Positions 50,347 to 60,770 of a DNA stretch of 64,000 nt are shown in pieces; the first letter of the stretch is position 1; every line of letters starts with the position of its first letter. Origin of the DNA: Aureliella sp. (GTDB lineage: Bacteria > Planctomycetota > Planctomycetia > Pirellulales > Pirellulaceae); NCBI GenBank assembly GCA_963691875.1, contig OY829846.1, positions 3,808,001-3,872,000 of the forward strand, given 5' to 3'. Position numbers and translations under genes: made by a program. The notes beneath the pieces were generated by a model, which was given only the letters and a program-made list of their open reading frames with translations, was not told the origin of the DNA and did not search any database.

Positions 50347-52716
50347 CTATTTCTGTCGATCGGAGAAAAGCAAATGCAAGATCGCCGGCAGCAAAATCAA
50401 ATCTGCGAGTACAGCAGCGGCGAGGACAACGATCAAATAAGTTCCCAACATGTTCAGCGAAAGATAGGTCGAGAAGGCAAAAGGCAAAAAGCCGACGCTG
50501 AGAATCAACGTCGTCCGAATGATCGCCAGACCAGTGTGATGCATCGACGCCTCAACAGACTCAGAAAAACTCTTCCCGTTCTTCTGCTCGATACGAAATC
50601 TCGATAGAAAATGAATCGTATCGTCTACGGCTAGCCCAAGACCAAGCGTCGCTACCGCGAGTAAGTCGCTATCGGCGACCTCTTGAGTCAAGACAATCAA
50701 GCCGCCGAGTAACAACAGAGGCGTCAGGTTTGGAAAAACCGATACACAGGCTCTTGGAAGAGAATGCAGGCCGAAAGCGATCAGAAAGAATATCGTCGTA
50801 AAGCAAAATGCGAATCCTTGCATGTGCCCTCGAATGATTTCCCGAACGGCTCGACCTACAACCGGAGCCGAGCCTTTCTCAGTGATGCGGATCTCCGCTC
50901 CGAACGTCTCATCTGCTAGCGCTACCAGTTTCTCTGACGTCTCTGTCATCGCCAAGTACGATGTCTGCGGAATACTAACCAGCAACCTCAAGTGCGAGCG
51001 ATTCTCGGTTACGAGGCTGTTCACCAACTCAGGCTCAAGCTGTCGCAGGTATTCAACACAAGCACGAGTATGATTCGCCGATTCCGCGTTCCCATCGGGA
51101 TTCTTATAGTCCAGTTGTGTCACAAACGCCCTCACCAACAAATCTACGGCAGCTACCGATTCGCAATTCAACTCCGTTTGAGCGCGCTGGCGAAACTCAG
51201 CGATCCCAGCCATTACCTCAGGAGCAAAGAGGACAGCCTCAGGAGCTTCCAGCAACAGTTCCGCTGAATTGATACCACCATACTGCGACGCAAAGAACTT
51301 AGTACTCTTGCTGATGTCATGATTCTTCCAAAAACGCTGGGTCAAGTCCGGATCAAGATGAATTTGACTGGTGAAATAGCTGCACGCTGCTAGAACAATC
51401 GCGAACACCAAAACAGTTAACTTCGGACGCGAGCAGCCAAGTCGCAGGCATCCCGTTGCGATCCATTGAGTGAACCTCGATGCACCAACCGATGCCGTCA
51501 CAGGCCTCCCCAAGCGATGAAGTATCTCCAAGAAGATCGGCACAATAAGCACCGAAAGGATCAATGCACTAGCGACACCTGCCGCGGCGGAAAATCCAAA
51601 TTGCCGAATGGTATTCGCTGGCACAAAGATAAGGGAGATGAATCCAATAAAAGTCGTAATGCTTGTCAGCACACAAGCCCCACCGACTTCCGCGAAAGTC
51701 TTACTGACTGCTTGCCGGTGCTCCGTCCCCGCGTTGCGCTCAGCCGTGTAGGAAGAGATAAGATGAATCACATCGGCTGTACTGATGACGAGCACCATCA
51801 AAGGGACAGCGGCCATAAGCACCGAGATCTTTCCGAACAAAATGATACCCGAGGAAAACCCCCATGCGATGGAGACCACGGCGATCAGTAGCGTCACGAG
51901 AATAACTTCAACACGTCGAAAAACCCACCAAACTGCCAAAGCAATCAGGGCGATACCAAGTGGTAGCTGGATCTGCAGAACCGAGTAAATCTCCTTGAAT
52001 CCATACGCCTGCAGAGGAATCAACCCTGAGCAGTAATAGCCCTGACTGCCAAGTTTGTTCTCCCTGACAATTCGCTCCAAATCCTGAATCAAGTCAATTT
52101 GGTCATCCGGCTGCATCACTCGTTCAGCCAATTCAACCAGCATGACATGCGACTTTCCGTCACGCGCTAGCAGTGAGCGCATCTCTGATTCAGATGACAA
52201 AAACTGTTCTTTGATTGCCGCTAACGATTCCGCACTAGCCCGACGACGAAACGGCAGAACCGGGCTTGCGGTGGGGCGAGCATCCGGTACGTCTCCACTT
52301 TGCAATTTCTTGTTCAACAGTATCTTTCCTGCTGTCCCCCGAATCCCGCTGGACAGCCCTGCAGGCCGATTCAGATTCGGCAGCGCCAGAACGCGACGCA
52401 CAGAGGTCAGCTCCTGTATCTCGGCCGCACATCTCCGAATTGCACGGAGAGTCTCTTCAGAAAAAAGATCCTCTTCAGTGGTCGCAACCCAGACGAGCGA
52501 GTCCGGATTGGATGGAAAAAGTGCCTCTAAAGCTTCAGCTCTTTCGTAGTCCTCAGGATTGTCCACGAAGGACTCTACGATTGAGGGCGAGAACTCCGCT
52601 GTAGTCAACAGCCAAACTGCGGGAGCCGTTAGAAGAACAATGCATCCGATAATACGCCAGGGGTAGCCTAGCAGCAGTGCGAGTATTTTCTTGACGAAAG
52701 GAGAGGAAGGGTTCAA
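50347..52716 (-). CDS. RND superfamily MMPL-type exporter
   Basis: Two repeats of large periplasmic loop plus 5-6 TM helices; motifs STADVIHLIS and GLAVDDTIHFLSRF. Confidence 0.88.
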   Translation of the reverse strand: MNPSSPFVKKILALLLGYPWRIIGCIVLLTAPAVWLLTTAEFSPSIVESFVDNPEDYERAEALEALFPSNPDSLVWVATTEEDLFSEETLRAIRRCAAEIQELTSVRRVLALPNLNRPAGLSSGIRGTAGKILLNKKLQSGDVPDARPTASPVLPFRRRASAESLAAIKEQFLSSESEMRSLLARDGKSHVMLVELAERVMQPDDQIDLIQDLERIVRENKLGSQGYYCSGLIPLQAYGFKEIYSVLQIQLPLGIALIALAVWWVFRRVEVILVTLLIAVVSIAWGFSSGIILFGKISVLMAAVPLMVLVISTADVIHLISSYTAERNAGTEHRQAVSKTFAEVGGACVLTSITTFIGFISLIFVPANTIRQFGFSAAAGVASALILSVLIVPIFLEILHRLGRPVTASVGASRFTQWIATGCLRLGCSRPKLTVLVFAIVLAACSYFTSQIHLDPDLTQRFWKNHDISKSTKFFASQYGGINSAELLLEAPEAVLFAPEVMAGIAEFRQRAQTELNCESVAAVDLLVRAFVTQLDYKNPDGNAESANHTRACVEYLRQLEPELVNSLVTENRSHLRLLVSIPQTSYLAMTETSEKLVALADETFGAEIRITEKGSAPVVGRAVREIIRGHMQGFAFCFTTIFFLIAFGLHSLPRACVSVFPNLTPLLLLGGLIVLTQEVADSDLLAVATLGLGLAVDDTIHFLSRFRIEQKNGKSFSESVEASMHHTGLAIIRTTLILSVGFLPFAFSTYLSLNMLGTYLIVVLAAAVLADLILLPAILHLLFSDRQK

Positions 52717-52863
52717 AGCGTTGTTCGCAGAGCGCGAGGATGTGAATCAATGTGTGCGAGGAAGTTCCCTGAAGAACTGGTCCCAGTTTTTCAGGTAGAT
52801 CGTAGCCTTTTCACCTGAGAAACCTCATGCAGGCTGTGAAAAGACTGTGCCAACGATGTGTTC

Positions 52864-53847
52864 TCATGAATCGAAGCTCAGAAGGACTTTGCGGATTGAG
52901 GGTTGAGCAGCAAACTCAAAAGCCTCAGTCGCCTGCTCTATATGGTATTCACCATCGATCAAGTCTTCTGTGCAAAGATCTCCGGACTTCAACATTCGAA
53001 TGGCAGCTGAAAAGGGCCCACAGCGTGACCCGACAATCTGTATCTCATCAACGACGACTTTGGTTAAGTCGGTCTGACCTTGCTTCTCAAAAGTACTTTT
53101 TAACACCAATTGACCAAGCGGCCTGGTGAGACGAACTGCCTCAGCCAGCCCCTGCGCGTTTCCCGTTGCATCCACCACGATGTCAAAACTACTGTTTTCA
53201 AAATCATGAGCCCTGCCTGTCGCAATACCCCATTTCCTGGCGAGTTGCATCGACCGCACTGACCGTCCAACCACAGTGACACAACAACCGGCTCTTTCCA
53301 GAACACGAGCGATCAACATGCCCAATCGGCCAGGACCTATGACGCAAATACGATAGTTCGGATTAAGGGTGAGTTGTTGCGGAATCCTTAAAGCTGCGGC
53401 AAGGGGTTCAGTGAAAACAGCTTGCCGATCGGACACTTCATCCGGGACTTCGTACAAATTATCAATCGGTACACGAACGAAGTCCGCCATCGCTCCATCC
53501 CATTTGAGAATCCCAAGCACGCGGCGCCGAGGATGATGTTCCAACCCATAAGTTGCATACTCCGGCGACAGCCGGTTGGCAAAATTAATTGAAGCAACGA
53601 CACGTTGTCCTATCCAAGTCTGGGACTCAGGCTCCGACGACTTTACCTGCTCAACAGTACCTACAAACTCGTGCCCGAGAGTACCCTGGAAGCCGAAATA
53701 ACCCTTGGCAATCTCCAGGTCCGTAGAACAAACGCCTGCCAAGTGAACATGAACCAACGCTTCCCCTTCTTCTAGCTTTGGAATCTCCCGATCAGTGTGA
53801 ACCGCGAGTCCGTCCGATTCCAACCTGAGTGCACGCATAGGGTTCAT
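52864..53847 (-). CDS. MDR/zinc-dependent alcohol dehydrogenase-like protein
   Basis: Motifs GVCSTD, LGHEFVG, TEPLAAA, IGPGRLG and GSRCGPF. Confidence 0.9.
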   Translation of the reverse strand: MNPMRALRLESDGLAVHTDREIPKLEEGEALVHVHLAGVCSTDLEIAKGYFGFQGTLGHEFVGTVEQVKSSEPESQTWIGQRVVASINFANRLSPEYATYGLEHHPRRRVLGILKWDGAMADFVRVPIDNLYEVPDEVSDRQAVFTEPLAAALRIPQQLTLNPNYRICVIGPGRLGMLIARVLERAGCCVTVVGRSVRSMQLARKWGIATGRAHDFENSSFDIVVDATGNAQGLAEAVRLTRPLGQLVLKSTFEKQGQTDLTKVVVDEIQIVGSRCGPFSAAIRMLKSGDLCTEDLIDGEYHIEQATEAFEFAAQPSIRKVLLSFDS

Positions 53848-53885
53848 CGCAAGTTCTATTTCAGAGTGTTAAGTTAGCCCAAAGA

Positions 53886-56800
53886 CTAGCGAATCCATCG
53901 CTGCAGCAGTGAATCGCGAATGGTTTCGAAAATACTCGGGCTTGCATTCCAATTGGATTGATCTGCAGAATGCGCCGAACCTTCGATCGGTATACTTAGC
54001 GGAGCTGCCTGTGCAACTCGTCCTTTATTGTCCTGCATATCTGGATGAACCCTCCGCAGGTACCGAGCCCAAGGCCCATCCAGCAACTGCTCGGCTGCAG
54101 CTGGATCACCCGCCTTTAGAGCTCGTTTCGCAACTAACAATCGACCTTGCAGAAAAGTACGCTCATTGGGATGCAACCAGCATCGGAGCACCTTAACGTC
54201 ATCAACCCACAAACGCCCTGCTCCCACTAGTTCGATGGACACATAGAGAGACTCTAGTTCATCTACTGGAATGTCACCAACATCGAGCGTGAAAGGTCGA
54301 GTCCCCCAGTCATTCGGAATCTGCTGCGAAGGGTCAACCTTGGAGCCCACCAGCATACTGCGTTCGAATCGATCCCCACTGATGGCCCGCCCAACCAGAG
54401 CAATTCGCGCCAGAGTACTTGATCTATCTGCGGGACTTCGCAGCCAAGCTTGAATGGTCAACCGACCAGTAACAGGAATGGGAATATTGGGGCTGTGCAA
54501 CCAAGTACGCGTCTTCCCCTTGTTGGAACTAGCGATCTCTAAACTCTGTCGGCCCGAATGTGGAAGGTGATTGGAAGCTCGTACCGTTACACCGGGCATT
54601 TCCGAGGAGCTCCAACCAGATGGTAGGCCAACCTTCGTCGACTGCTCAAAATCACCAGAGATATCGGTGGCGATTTCCTGCCGAGTCGGATCTGCAGAAG
54701 CGGAAAGAATCGCTTCCAACACCGAAAGTTCATCTGCGATCACAGTAGAAACATTGCCTGAACAGCTTCGTGAGGCACTTGAAACGACGAGCTTCTGGCT
54801 GAGCTGCAATCCAACAATACGATTCCCTGGGACTTGGACTTTCCAAACCGGGCTCCTCCCCGATACTTCTTTTTTCAGGGTAAGGTCCAGATCGCCTAAT
54901 ACCTCGCAGAAGAGCTCATCGCTGCCGCCTGCAAAAGTCAAACTTACCTCCTCGGTCCATGGAGTCGCGTTCACGATTTGGACATAGCTTTTCTCACCAA
55001 GGGCTGCATAACGCACCCGAACAAGTCCTGAACTGTTGGTCTGCGAGAGCGGCACATCCTGAAACTGAGCTACTGGCAAAGTACGAAGTGTTGTCAGGTT
55101 TGCTTTCAGCTCCGACAGCTCAGCGCCGACTGGCAGCCAAGCTCCCAATGCGACAAAACTAAGCTCTTGCTGAAGCGTTTGCTGAAGCAAAGCTCTATTT
55201 AAAAAAGATTGTGACTCGATGCGAATCGGGTAGACCACATCTGAAAACTCCTGCCCCGTAGCTTCACTCAGAACATCTAGTCCAGGAATGCGGTGCGCTG
55301 ATGGTGTTTGCAAGAGGACAGACGCGGAAGCAAGGCTGTGGTTCGTTTTGAAATTTAAGCCAATACGCCGAGAAATCTGACGCACCCATTCATCCGCATC
55401 GACGCTCTCAGAGACCTCTACTTCACTTTGGACAAGGATGACTTCGTCGGATTCACTCAAGCTGTCTAAATCCAAGCCGAAGGCGAGCAAGAACTCTTGT
55501 GGAATTCTGTTAATCGTCTTCGGATTCAGAAAGTCGGACTCACGCGGCGTTTGATTCCAGAGACTACCGGCGTGCAGATACAGACGCGACCTGTCGGAAG
55601 ATTCCGTCCCGGCAACCTGTCCAATTTCCTCCCCTGCAACTATCCCGCCCAACCGAGCCAGAAAGGAAGACAGTCTCTCGCCACGCCACTTCAGATACTC
55701 CTGACCATCTTTAGTTTTCAGGAACTCTCTAAATGCCGCTGACTCCTTTGGCACAGCGATGTTCGTGCTAGACTCGAACTGCCTGATAGTCCTATCGGAC
55801 GGCAACCATAGATCCCCCTTAAAGAGCAGGACCGATTTTTTAGATAGCTGAAGCTGTACACCACCAAATGCCTTAGTATCCCCATAGGAACTGACAATCT
55901 CCCGAATAATCCGCTCTATTTCCGCTTGAACGTCAGGATGCAACGGATCGTATCGGTACTCCGTCGTTCTCCGTGTTTGCGAGTCGCGAGCCAGCCGTCG
56001 CTGATGAACCCCTGTAGTTCCTTGGGCCTGTAGCTCAACTCCAGGCAGCTTGCTGTCGAGGTCGAGTGCTAGAACCAGCTTCCGGTTACTCCGTTCCATG
56101 TGTTTCAAGAGCAGCGCCACACCATCTTTGATACCCGCATTGCGACCATCGGAAAAGAATGTGCCGTTGTCGTACTGTGGAGAAGGTTGCAAACTGCGAC
56201 TCGGGAAAATAGCTCCACCATCTGCTTGAACTTTCATGACCAGCAAGTTGGCTTCCAGCAGATCTAAGTAGTGCATCATCCGAGTGCAGGCGAGATGCCA
56301 CGTGCTCCAATTCTCGAGCCAGCGACCTGTCCCCGGATCACGAATACGCTGCGTGCCAAGCCATACTCCCAAAAGTGGCTTGTCGAGATAGACTCCGGCC
56401 AGCCGCTCTGGCTCTGCTGAGACGCTTGGATTCGCGGCAACCTCTGCGATTTCGCCCGGCTCCCAACTCGAGGCATCAACAGCAATGTCGAGTACGCTGG
56501 CGAGTCGTTCTGAAGATGGATTGCTTAGCAAAAGCAAGCTTTGCTCTGAAGCCGGCCAGAATACAACCTCGGTGCTTCGCAAACCGGTTTGCTCTTCAGG
56601 CTGCAAAGCCGAATGCCGGAGCAGCTCTCGCGTGGAAGTATCAATCTTGTAGTCGCTTCCCAAAGTCGCAAACTCAGAGACCTCTCCGGCCATTCCCAAC
56701 GGCTTGATACTTGCGATCACAGCGTTGGGCCAGTCGACGGGCGTGCGAATCCGCAAGCGATGTGGTTGGCCAGGCTCCAGCTCAGTCAAAGGAATAGCTA

Positions 56801-57980
56801 GCCAGGATTCGGGGCCGAGCACCAAACACTTCTTGCTGCCCGAGTTCGGCAACTGCAATTCACGCTCCTCAAGTTCGCCGTGGGACAGTACGGCATCAAG
56901 TGTGCTCGAAAGCGGCGTGACGCGTTTGACAGTTTCAGGAATACTCTGTGCTCGGAGATAAGGTGAAATCCACGACAGAAACCCTGGGGTCGCCGCGTCG
57001 ATTGCTTGAATCCGTTGCACCTCTTTCCAGATGAGTTTGCTTGGCTGACGCTCCGCTGGGTCGATCGCTACAAACTCATAACGCCGCAACACCTGGTCGT
57101 CGGCTGGAAGAAATGACGCCAAGTACGATCGCTCTGGAACTATGCAGAGTTCGAGCTCATATACGCCCTCTAGATCTGGGACGACCAATTGGAATGGAAC
57201 ATCACCAAAACTCCCGACCTCATCCACTTCGACTACCGCCTCGTGGATTAACTCCACTGGCCGCTCTGGAAGTACCCCTTTGCGACGAATCCGAATTCGG
57301 TGCTTTCCAGGAGTCAGAGTTGTAAAGTTTCCGCGTACTGAAGCAGGCCAGATATCAAGCGTCTCGAGCACGGCGTTTCTACTGCTGGTTCGAATCTGTA
57401 GCTGATCTTCAACAGGTCTTTCCAAAGCCAGACGGTTACCCAACTCATCGATAGCTTCAATGTGCGTTTTCTTGAGCAAGTCGTTGACGGAGAACACTCC
57501 CCTGAACGGTGCCGCAGACGGATTCCTGATCTCGATGCTAACTTTCGCGTCCAAGGGACACTCTGCCTGAATCACAACACCGCCAAAAGTTGCTTTACTG
57601 TGTGGCTGGATCTTAAGCTGCCCAGTGCCAGATGGCAGAATCGTACCCGTCGCATCGGGCTGCAGACTTAGGTTCTGCACGACATCAATCTGGCCGCTAT
57701 CAAGACTGATACTCCCCCTGAACTGTCTGGCCGTTGCCCCACCCCAGGTAATCCGAAATTGACCTTCGAATTGCACCGGTGGATCGGACTCAATTGCTGC
57801 ACCTGCCGATTGTGCAAAGCAAACCGACGGCGTAAGGCAGGCCGCATCACCGAAGAGGACAACAAAGCAGAATAAGACAGGAGAAAACCAGCGCGCATCA
57901 AACCCTGGAAGCAAACCTTCCGAACTGCTCTCAACGGCAGGGATCGCGTTGCGGACTGACTTGGATATTCGTGATTCCAT
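53886..57980 (-). CDS. Large exported planctomycete protein with a GHL10-like TIM-barrel region and a C-terminal CBM-like domain
   Basis: 1364-aa ORF with a signal-like N-terminus; motifs GGAIFPS, YDPLHPDVQAEI...FGGVQLQL and GDFEQ..LPSGW..HSGRQSL..LWVDDV. Confidence 0.65.
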   Translation of the reverse strand: MESRISKSVRNAIPAVESSSEGLLPGFDARWFSPVLFCFVVLFGDAACLTPSVCFAQSAGAAIESDPPVQFEGQFRITWGGATARQFRGSISLDSGQIDVVQNLSLQPDATGTILPSGTGQLKIQPHSKATFGGVVIQAECPLDAKVSIEIRNPSAAPFRGVFSVNDLLKKTHIEAIDELGNRLALERPVEDQLQIRTSSRNAVLETLDIWPASVRGNFTTLTPGKHRIRIRRKGVLPERPVELIHEAVVEVDEVGSFGDVPFQLVVPDLEGVYELELCIVPERSYLASFLPADDQVLRRYEFVAIDPAERQPSKLIWKEVQRIQAIDAATPGFLSWISPYLRAQSIPETVKRVTPLSSTLDAVLSHGELEERELQLPNSGSKKCLVLGPESWLAIPLTELEPGQPHRLRIRTPVDWPNAVIASIKPLGMAGEVSEFATLGSDYKIDTSTRELLRHSALQPEEQTGLRSTEVVFWPASEQSLLLLSNPSSERLASVLDIAVDASSWEPGEIAEVAANPSVSAEPERLAGVYLDKPLLGVWLGTQRIRDPGTGRWLENWSTWHLACTRMMHYLDLLEANLLVMKVQADGGAIFPSRSLQPSPQYDNGTFFSDGRNAGIKDGVALLLKHMERSNRKLVLALDLDSKLPGVELQAQGTTGVHQRRLARDSQTRRTTEYRYDPLHPDVQAEIERIIREIVSSYGDTKAFGGVQLQLSKKSVLLFKGDLWLPSDRTIRQFESSTNIAVPKESAAFREFLKTKDGQEYLKWRGERLSSFLARLGGIVAGEEIGQVAGTESSDRSRLYLHAGSLWNQTPRESDFLNPKTINRIPQEFLLAFGLDLDSLSESDEVILVQSEVEVSESVDADEWVRQISRRIGLNFKTNHSLASASVLLQTPSAHRIPGLDVLSEATGQEFSDVVYPIRIESQSFLNRALLQQTLQQELSFVALGAWLPVGAELSELKANLTTLRTLPVAQFQDVPLSQTNSSGLVRVRYAALGEKSYVQIVNATPWTEEVSLTFAGGSDELFCEVLGDLDLTLKKEVSGRSPVWKVQVPGNRIVGLQLSQKLVVSSASRSCSGNVSTVIADELSVLEAILSASADPTRQEIATDISGDFEQSTKVGLPSGWSSSEMPGVTVRASNHLPHSGRQSLEIASSNKGKTRTWLHSPNIPIPVTGRLTIQAWLRSPADRSSTLARIALVGRAISGDRFERSMLVGSKVDPSQQIPNDWGTRPFTLDVGDIPVDELESLYVSIELVGAGRLWVDDVKVLRCWLHPNERTFLQGRLLVAKRALKAGDPAAAEQLLDGPWARYLRRVHPDMQDNKGRVAQAAPLSIPIEGSAHSADQSNWNASPSIFETIRDSLLQRWIR

Positions 57981-58181
57981 GAGCGTGCAAGCTGGACCGG
58001 CACAGTCGCTGATTTTGGTTCTTCGTCGATGGGAACTGCTAAATCACAAATCAGCAGACTTCCACGCTCAAGAAGTACCAAAAAATACGCTCAGGCAGTA
58101 GGCGAGATTGATCGCCAGCATTCTCAAACCCACAGCAACAAGAAAGCTAGCATTCAAGAGTATGGAGCCTCAAAAAATGAC

Positions 58182-59669
58182 TCAAAGAAGATGGCGAGCT
58201 TTCACTTCCAAATATTGATTGACCAGCGGTGTGCTCATTTCTTCAGGATAGACATCCAATGCAAGCGAGCCACCAGTCTTCATCTGGCGAATCACTTGGT
58301 TTCGCCATACCAGTAAATCCGCTGCAGCCGCACTGCGATAAAGCACTCGAGGGTCTGGCGCGGGGTTGTCGGCTGCCTGAAAAATGCGGTGATCACGCAG
58401 CAATACCAGCAATGGAAGATGACAACCAATCAGATTCCTCATGTAATTTTGGATCTGATCCCCATTCACTCGATCTATTACATTTGTAACCAAGACGACC
58501 AAGGATCGACGGCGGCAATGCTTCGAAAGATAGAGAAAAGCTTCGTCAAATCGAGACTGTTTTAACTGCGGGAATTGATCGAATCCGGCATGCAAAATCC
58601 GGTTCATTTGGCGACGTCCACCAGCTGGCGGGACGAAGGTGTGAACTTGATCTGAAAAGGACACCATGCCGACTGAATCACCTTGGTCTAGCGCTACATA
58701 GCTAAGCATCAAAACAGAATTCAAAGCATAGTCGAGTAAGCTCAGCCCATTGTACTCGTTGGTCATCATCCGCCCACAATCCAACATAAAGATGACCCGC
58801 TGACTCTGGTCCGTCTGGAATTGGCGGACCGTCAGCTTCTGCCGCCGGGCCGTGCTTCTCCAGTCAATGTGTTTGTAATTGTCATCTTGCGAATAGTCAC
58901 GCAGTCGCTCAAAGTCATTATCTTGTCCAGCTTTTCGTGTCCGCCTCACACCAATCTGCGTCAAACGATTAGTGCGAGCCAACAGTGCGTACTTGCCGAT
59001 CTGCTTGATATCTGGATAAACGTGCAAAGTACTTCTGCAACGGAACTCATGCTGGTGGCACCACAAACCAAACAAACTCGACAGTTCTGCGTACGCGTAC
59101 TCCAGCTCAAATGCGCCGCGACGGTGAGGAGTAATATTGTGCTGAACCACAATTCGCTTTGAGTCCAACAGGTCAATCTCGTGCACCGCCGGCTCGACCT
59201 TCAAACCTGCACTAGCATCCTCAGCAAGACGTAGTTTGGCCCGCACACCAACCTTGCCAACAAATAATCCCCTAAGAACCCTTTGTGCGTATCGATGCAA
59301 TAAATTCTGCTGCACGCGCGAATCAATGATTAGCTCGGCTGGATGCGAATTCCCCAAGGATGCGACTCGCGCCATCTGCCGCTTGACCTGAATTCCCTTT
59401 GTCGAAGGAATAGAAAGTAGATCAACTGTTGCAATCAGAGCCAAAACGGCGGACGTGATCGAAACAACCATCCACCACCAGTCAACCCACAGAATCACCA
59501 TCCCGTTGGCAACGACGATTGAAGTCAACACGATGCTGCGGCCACTCGGATATGTCTTCCCAAACCGCATCAGCATCAAGAGCGGAAGCAAGAACAAGAA
59601 GAACATCGTCCACGGCGTAATCCACCAGTCGGCGAGCGAGAAAGTCGATTGCGCGGCGGATTCGTTCAT
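58182..59669 (-). CDS. DUF58 / vWA-like protein
   Basis: Motifs DFERLRDY, IDWRSTARR and MLDCGRMM; N-terminal TM helices; lies downstream of moxR. Confidence 0.9.
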   Translation of the reverse strand: MNESAAQSTFSLADWWITPWTMFFLFLLPLLMLMRFGKTYPSGRSIVLTSIVVANGMVILWVDWWWMVVSITSAVLALIATVDLLSIPSTKGIQVKRQMARVASLGNSHPAELIIDSRVQQNLLHRYAQRVLRGLFVGKVGVRAKLRLAEDASAGLKVEPAVHEIDLLDSKRIVVQHNITPHRRGAFELEYAYAELSSLFGLWCHQHEFRCRSTLHVYPDIKQIGKYALLARTNRLTQIGVRRTRKAGQDNDFERLRDYSQDDNYKHIDWRSTARRQKLTVRQFQTDQSQRVIFMLDCGRMMTNEYNGLSLLDYALNSVLMLSYVALDQGDSVGMVSFSDQVHTFVPPAGGRRQMNRILHAGFDQFPQLKQSRFDEAFLYLSKHCRRRSLVVLVTNVIDRVNGDQIQNYMRNLIGCHLPLLVLLRDHRIFQAADNPAPDPRVLYRSAAAADLLVWRNQVIRQMKTGGSLALDVYPEEMSTPLVNQYLEVKARHLL

Positions 59670-59727
59670 CTACGATTGCTTCTTCGGACAGTGATTATGA
59701 AAGCAGAAAGAGTAGCCCACGAAGGTC

Positions 59728-60684
59728 CTAAACGCCACGTGGTACTTCGATGCCCTTGAGCATCTGCTGTAACTCATCATCCACGCTCAAACCTTCTACT
59801 TCGGACTCCGCAGACATAATCACTCGATGTCGCAGAGCAGGGAGAACAATATCGACCACGTCGTCCGGTGTCGCATAATCACGCCCGCGAAACGCAGCGA
59901 GAGACCTCGCGCCCTGCATCAGCGCCAGCCCCGCTCGCGGCGATGCACCTAAATGGAAGCTCGGCCAACTACGAGTCTGACGTACAACTCGATTGATGTA
60001 TTGCACCAAATGCGGCTCAACTCGCACTGCAGCGTTATTCTGCAGAACCTGAAGAATCTCTTCTGGCGAAGTCACGACCTGAACCTCGTTTTCCAACCGT
60101 TCACTCAGATCGATCTGTTGACTATGCAGAGCGAGAATCTGCTCTTCCTCTTGCTCACCCGGATACTCTACGGCGACTTTGAACATAAACCGGTCGAGCT
60201 GAGCTTCGGGCAGATTGTACGTACCTTCGCTTTCTATCGGATTCTGAGTCGCCAACACAAAGAAGGGCTTCTCCAACTCGTGACTCGTACCATCCACTGT
60301 CACTCGGTACTCCTGCATGATCTCAAGCAACGCGGCGTGAGTCTTGGCTGGAGAACGATTAATCTCGTCGGCCAGCAACAGCTGAGTAAAGACAGGACCT
60401 GGACGAAACTTGAAGTCATGGTTTCTCAAGTCCAAGATCGGAGCACCAGTGATATCCGAAGGCATTAGGTCAGCGGTGAACTGAATCCGACCAAACTGGC
60501 ACCCGAGCACTCGACCCAAGGTCCGCACGAATAGAGTCTTTCCCATTCCTGGCAGACTCTCGATCAGAACATGACCGCCGGAGAACAATGCGGTAAGCGT
60601 GGCGAGCACAAGCTCATCTTGACCTACGAACAGCTTCTGCAGCTCGCTGGAAATGGATTCAAAAAGTTCTTTCGTCGTTCGCAT
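59728..60684 (-). CDS. moxR: MoxR-family AAA+ ATPase
   Basis: Motifs HVLIESLPGMGKT, RIQFTADLMPSDITG, LLADEINR, ATQNPIESEGTYNLPEAQLDRF and GASPRA. Confidence 0.95.
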   Translation of the reverse strand: MRTTKELFESISSELQKLFVGQDELVLATLTALFSGGHVLIESLPGMGKTLFVRTLGRVLGCQFGRIQFTADLMPSDITGAPILDLRNHDFKFRPGPVFTQLLLADEINRSPAKTHAALLEIMQEYRVTVDGTSHELEKPFFVLATQNPIESEGTYNLPEAQLDRFMFKVAVEYPGEQEEEQILALHSQQIDLSERLENEVQVVTSPEEILQVLQNNAAVRVEPHLVQYINRVVRQTRSWPSFHLGASPRAGLALMQGARSLAAFRGRDYATPDDVVDIVLPALRHRVIMSAESEVEGLSVDDELQQMLKGIEVPRGV

Positions 60685-60770
60685 CGAGTCTCTTGTTTCA
60701 GTTTTTGTTGTAGTCGTCGCTAGTTGTTGAATCTGCTGAGCGAAGTTTAGTTGGTTTTAGAATCGTTGTC

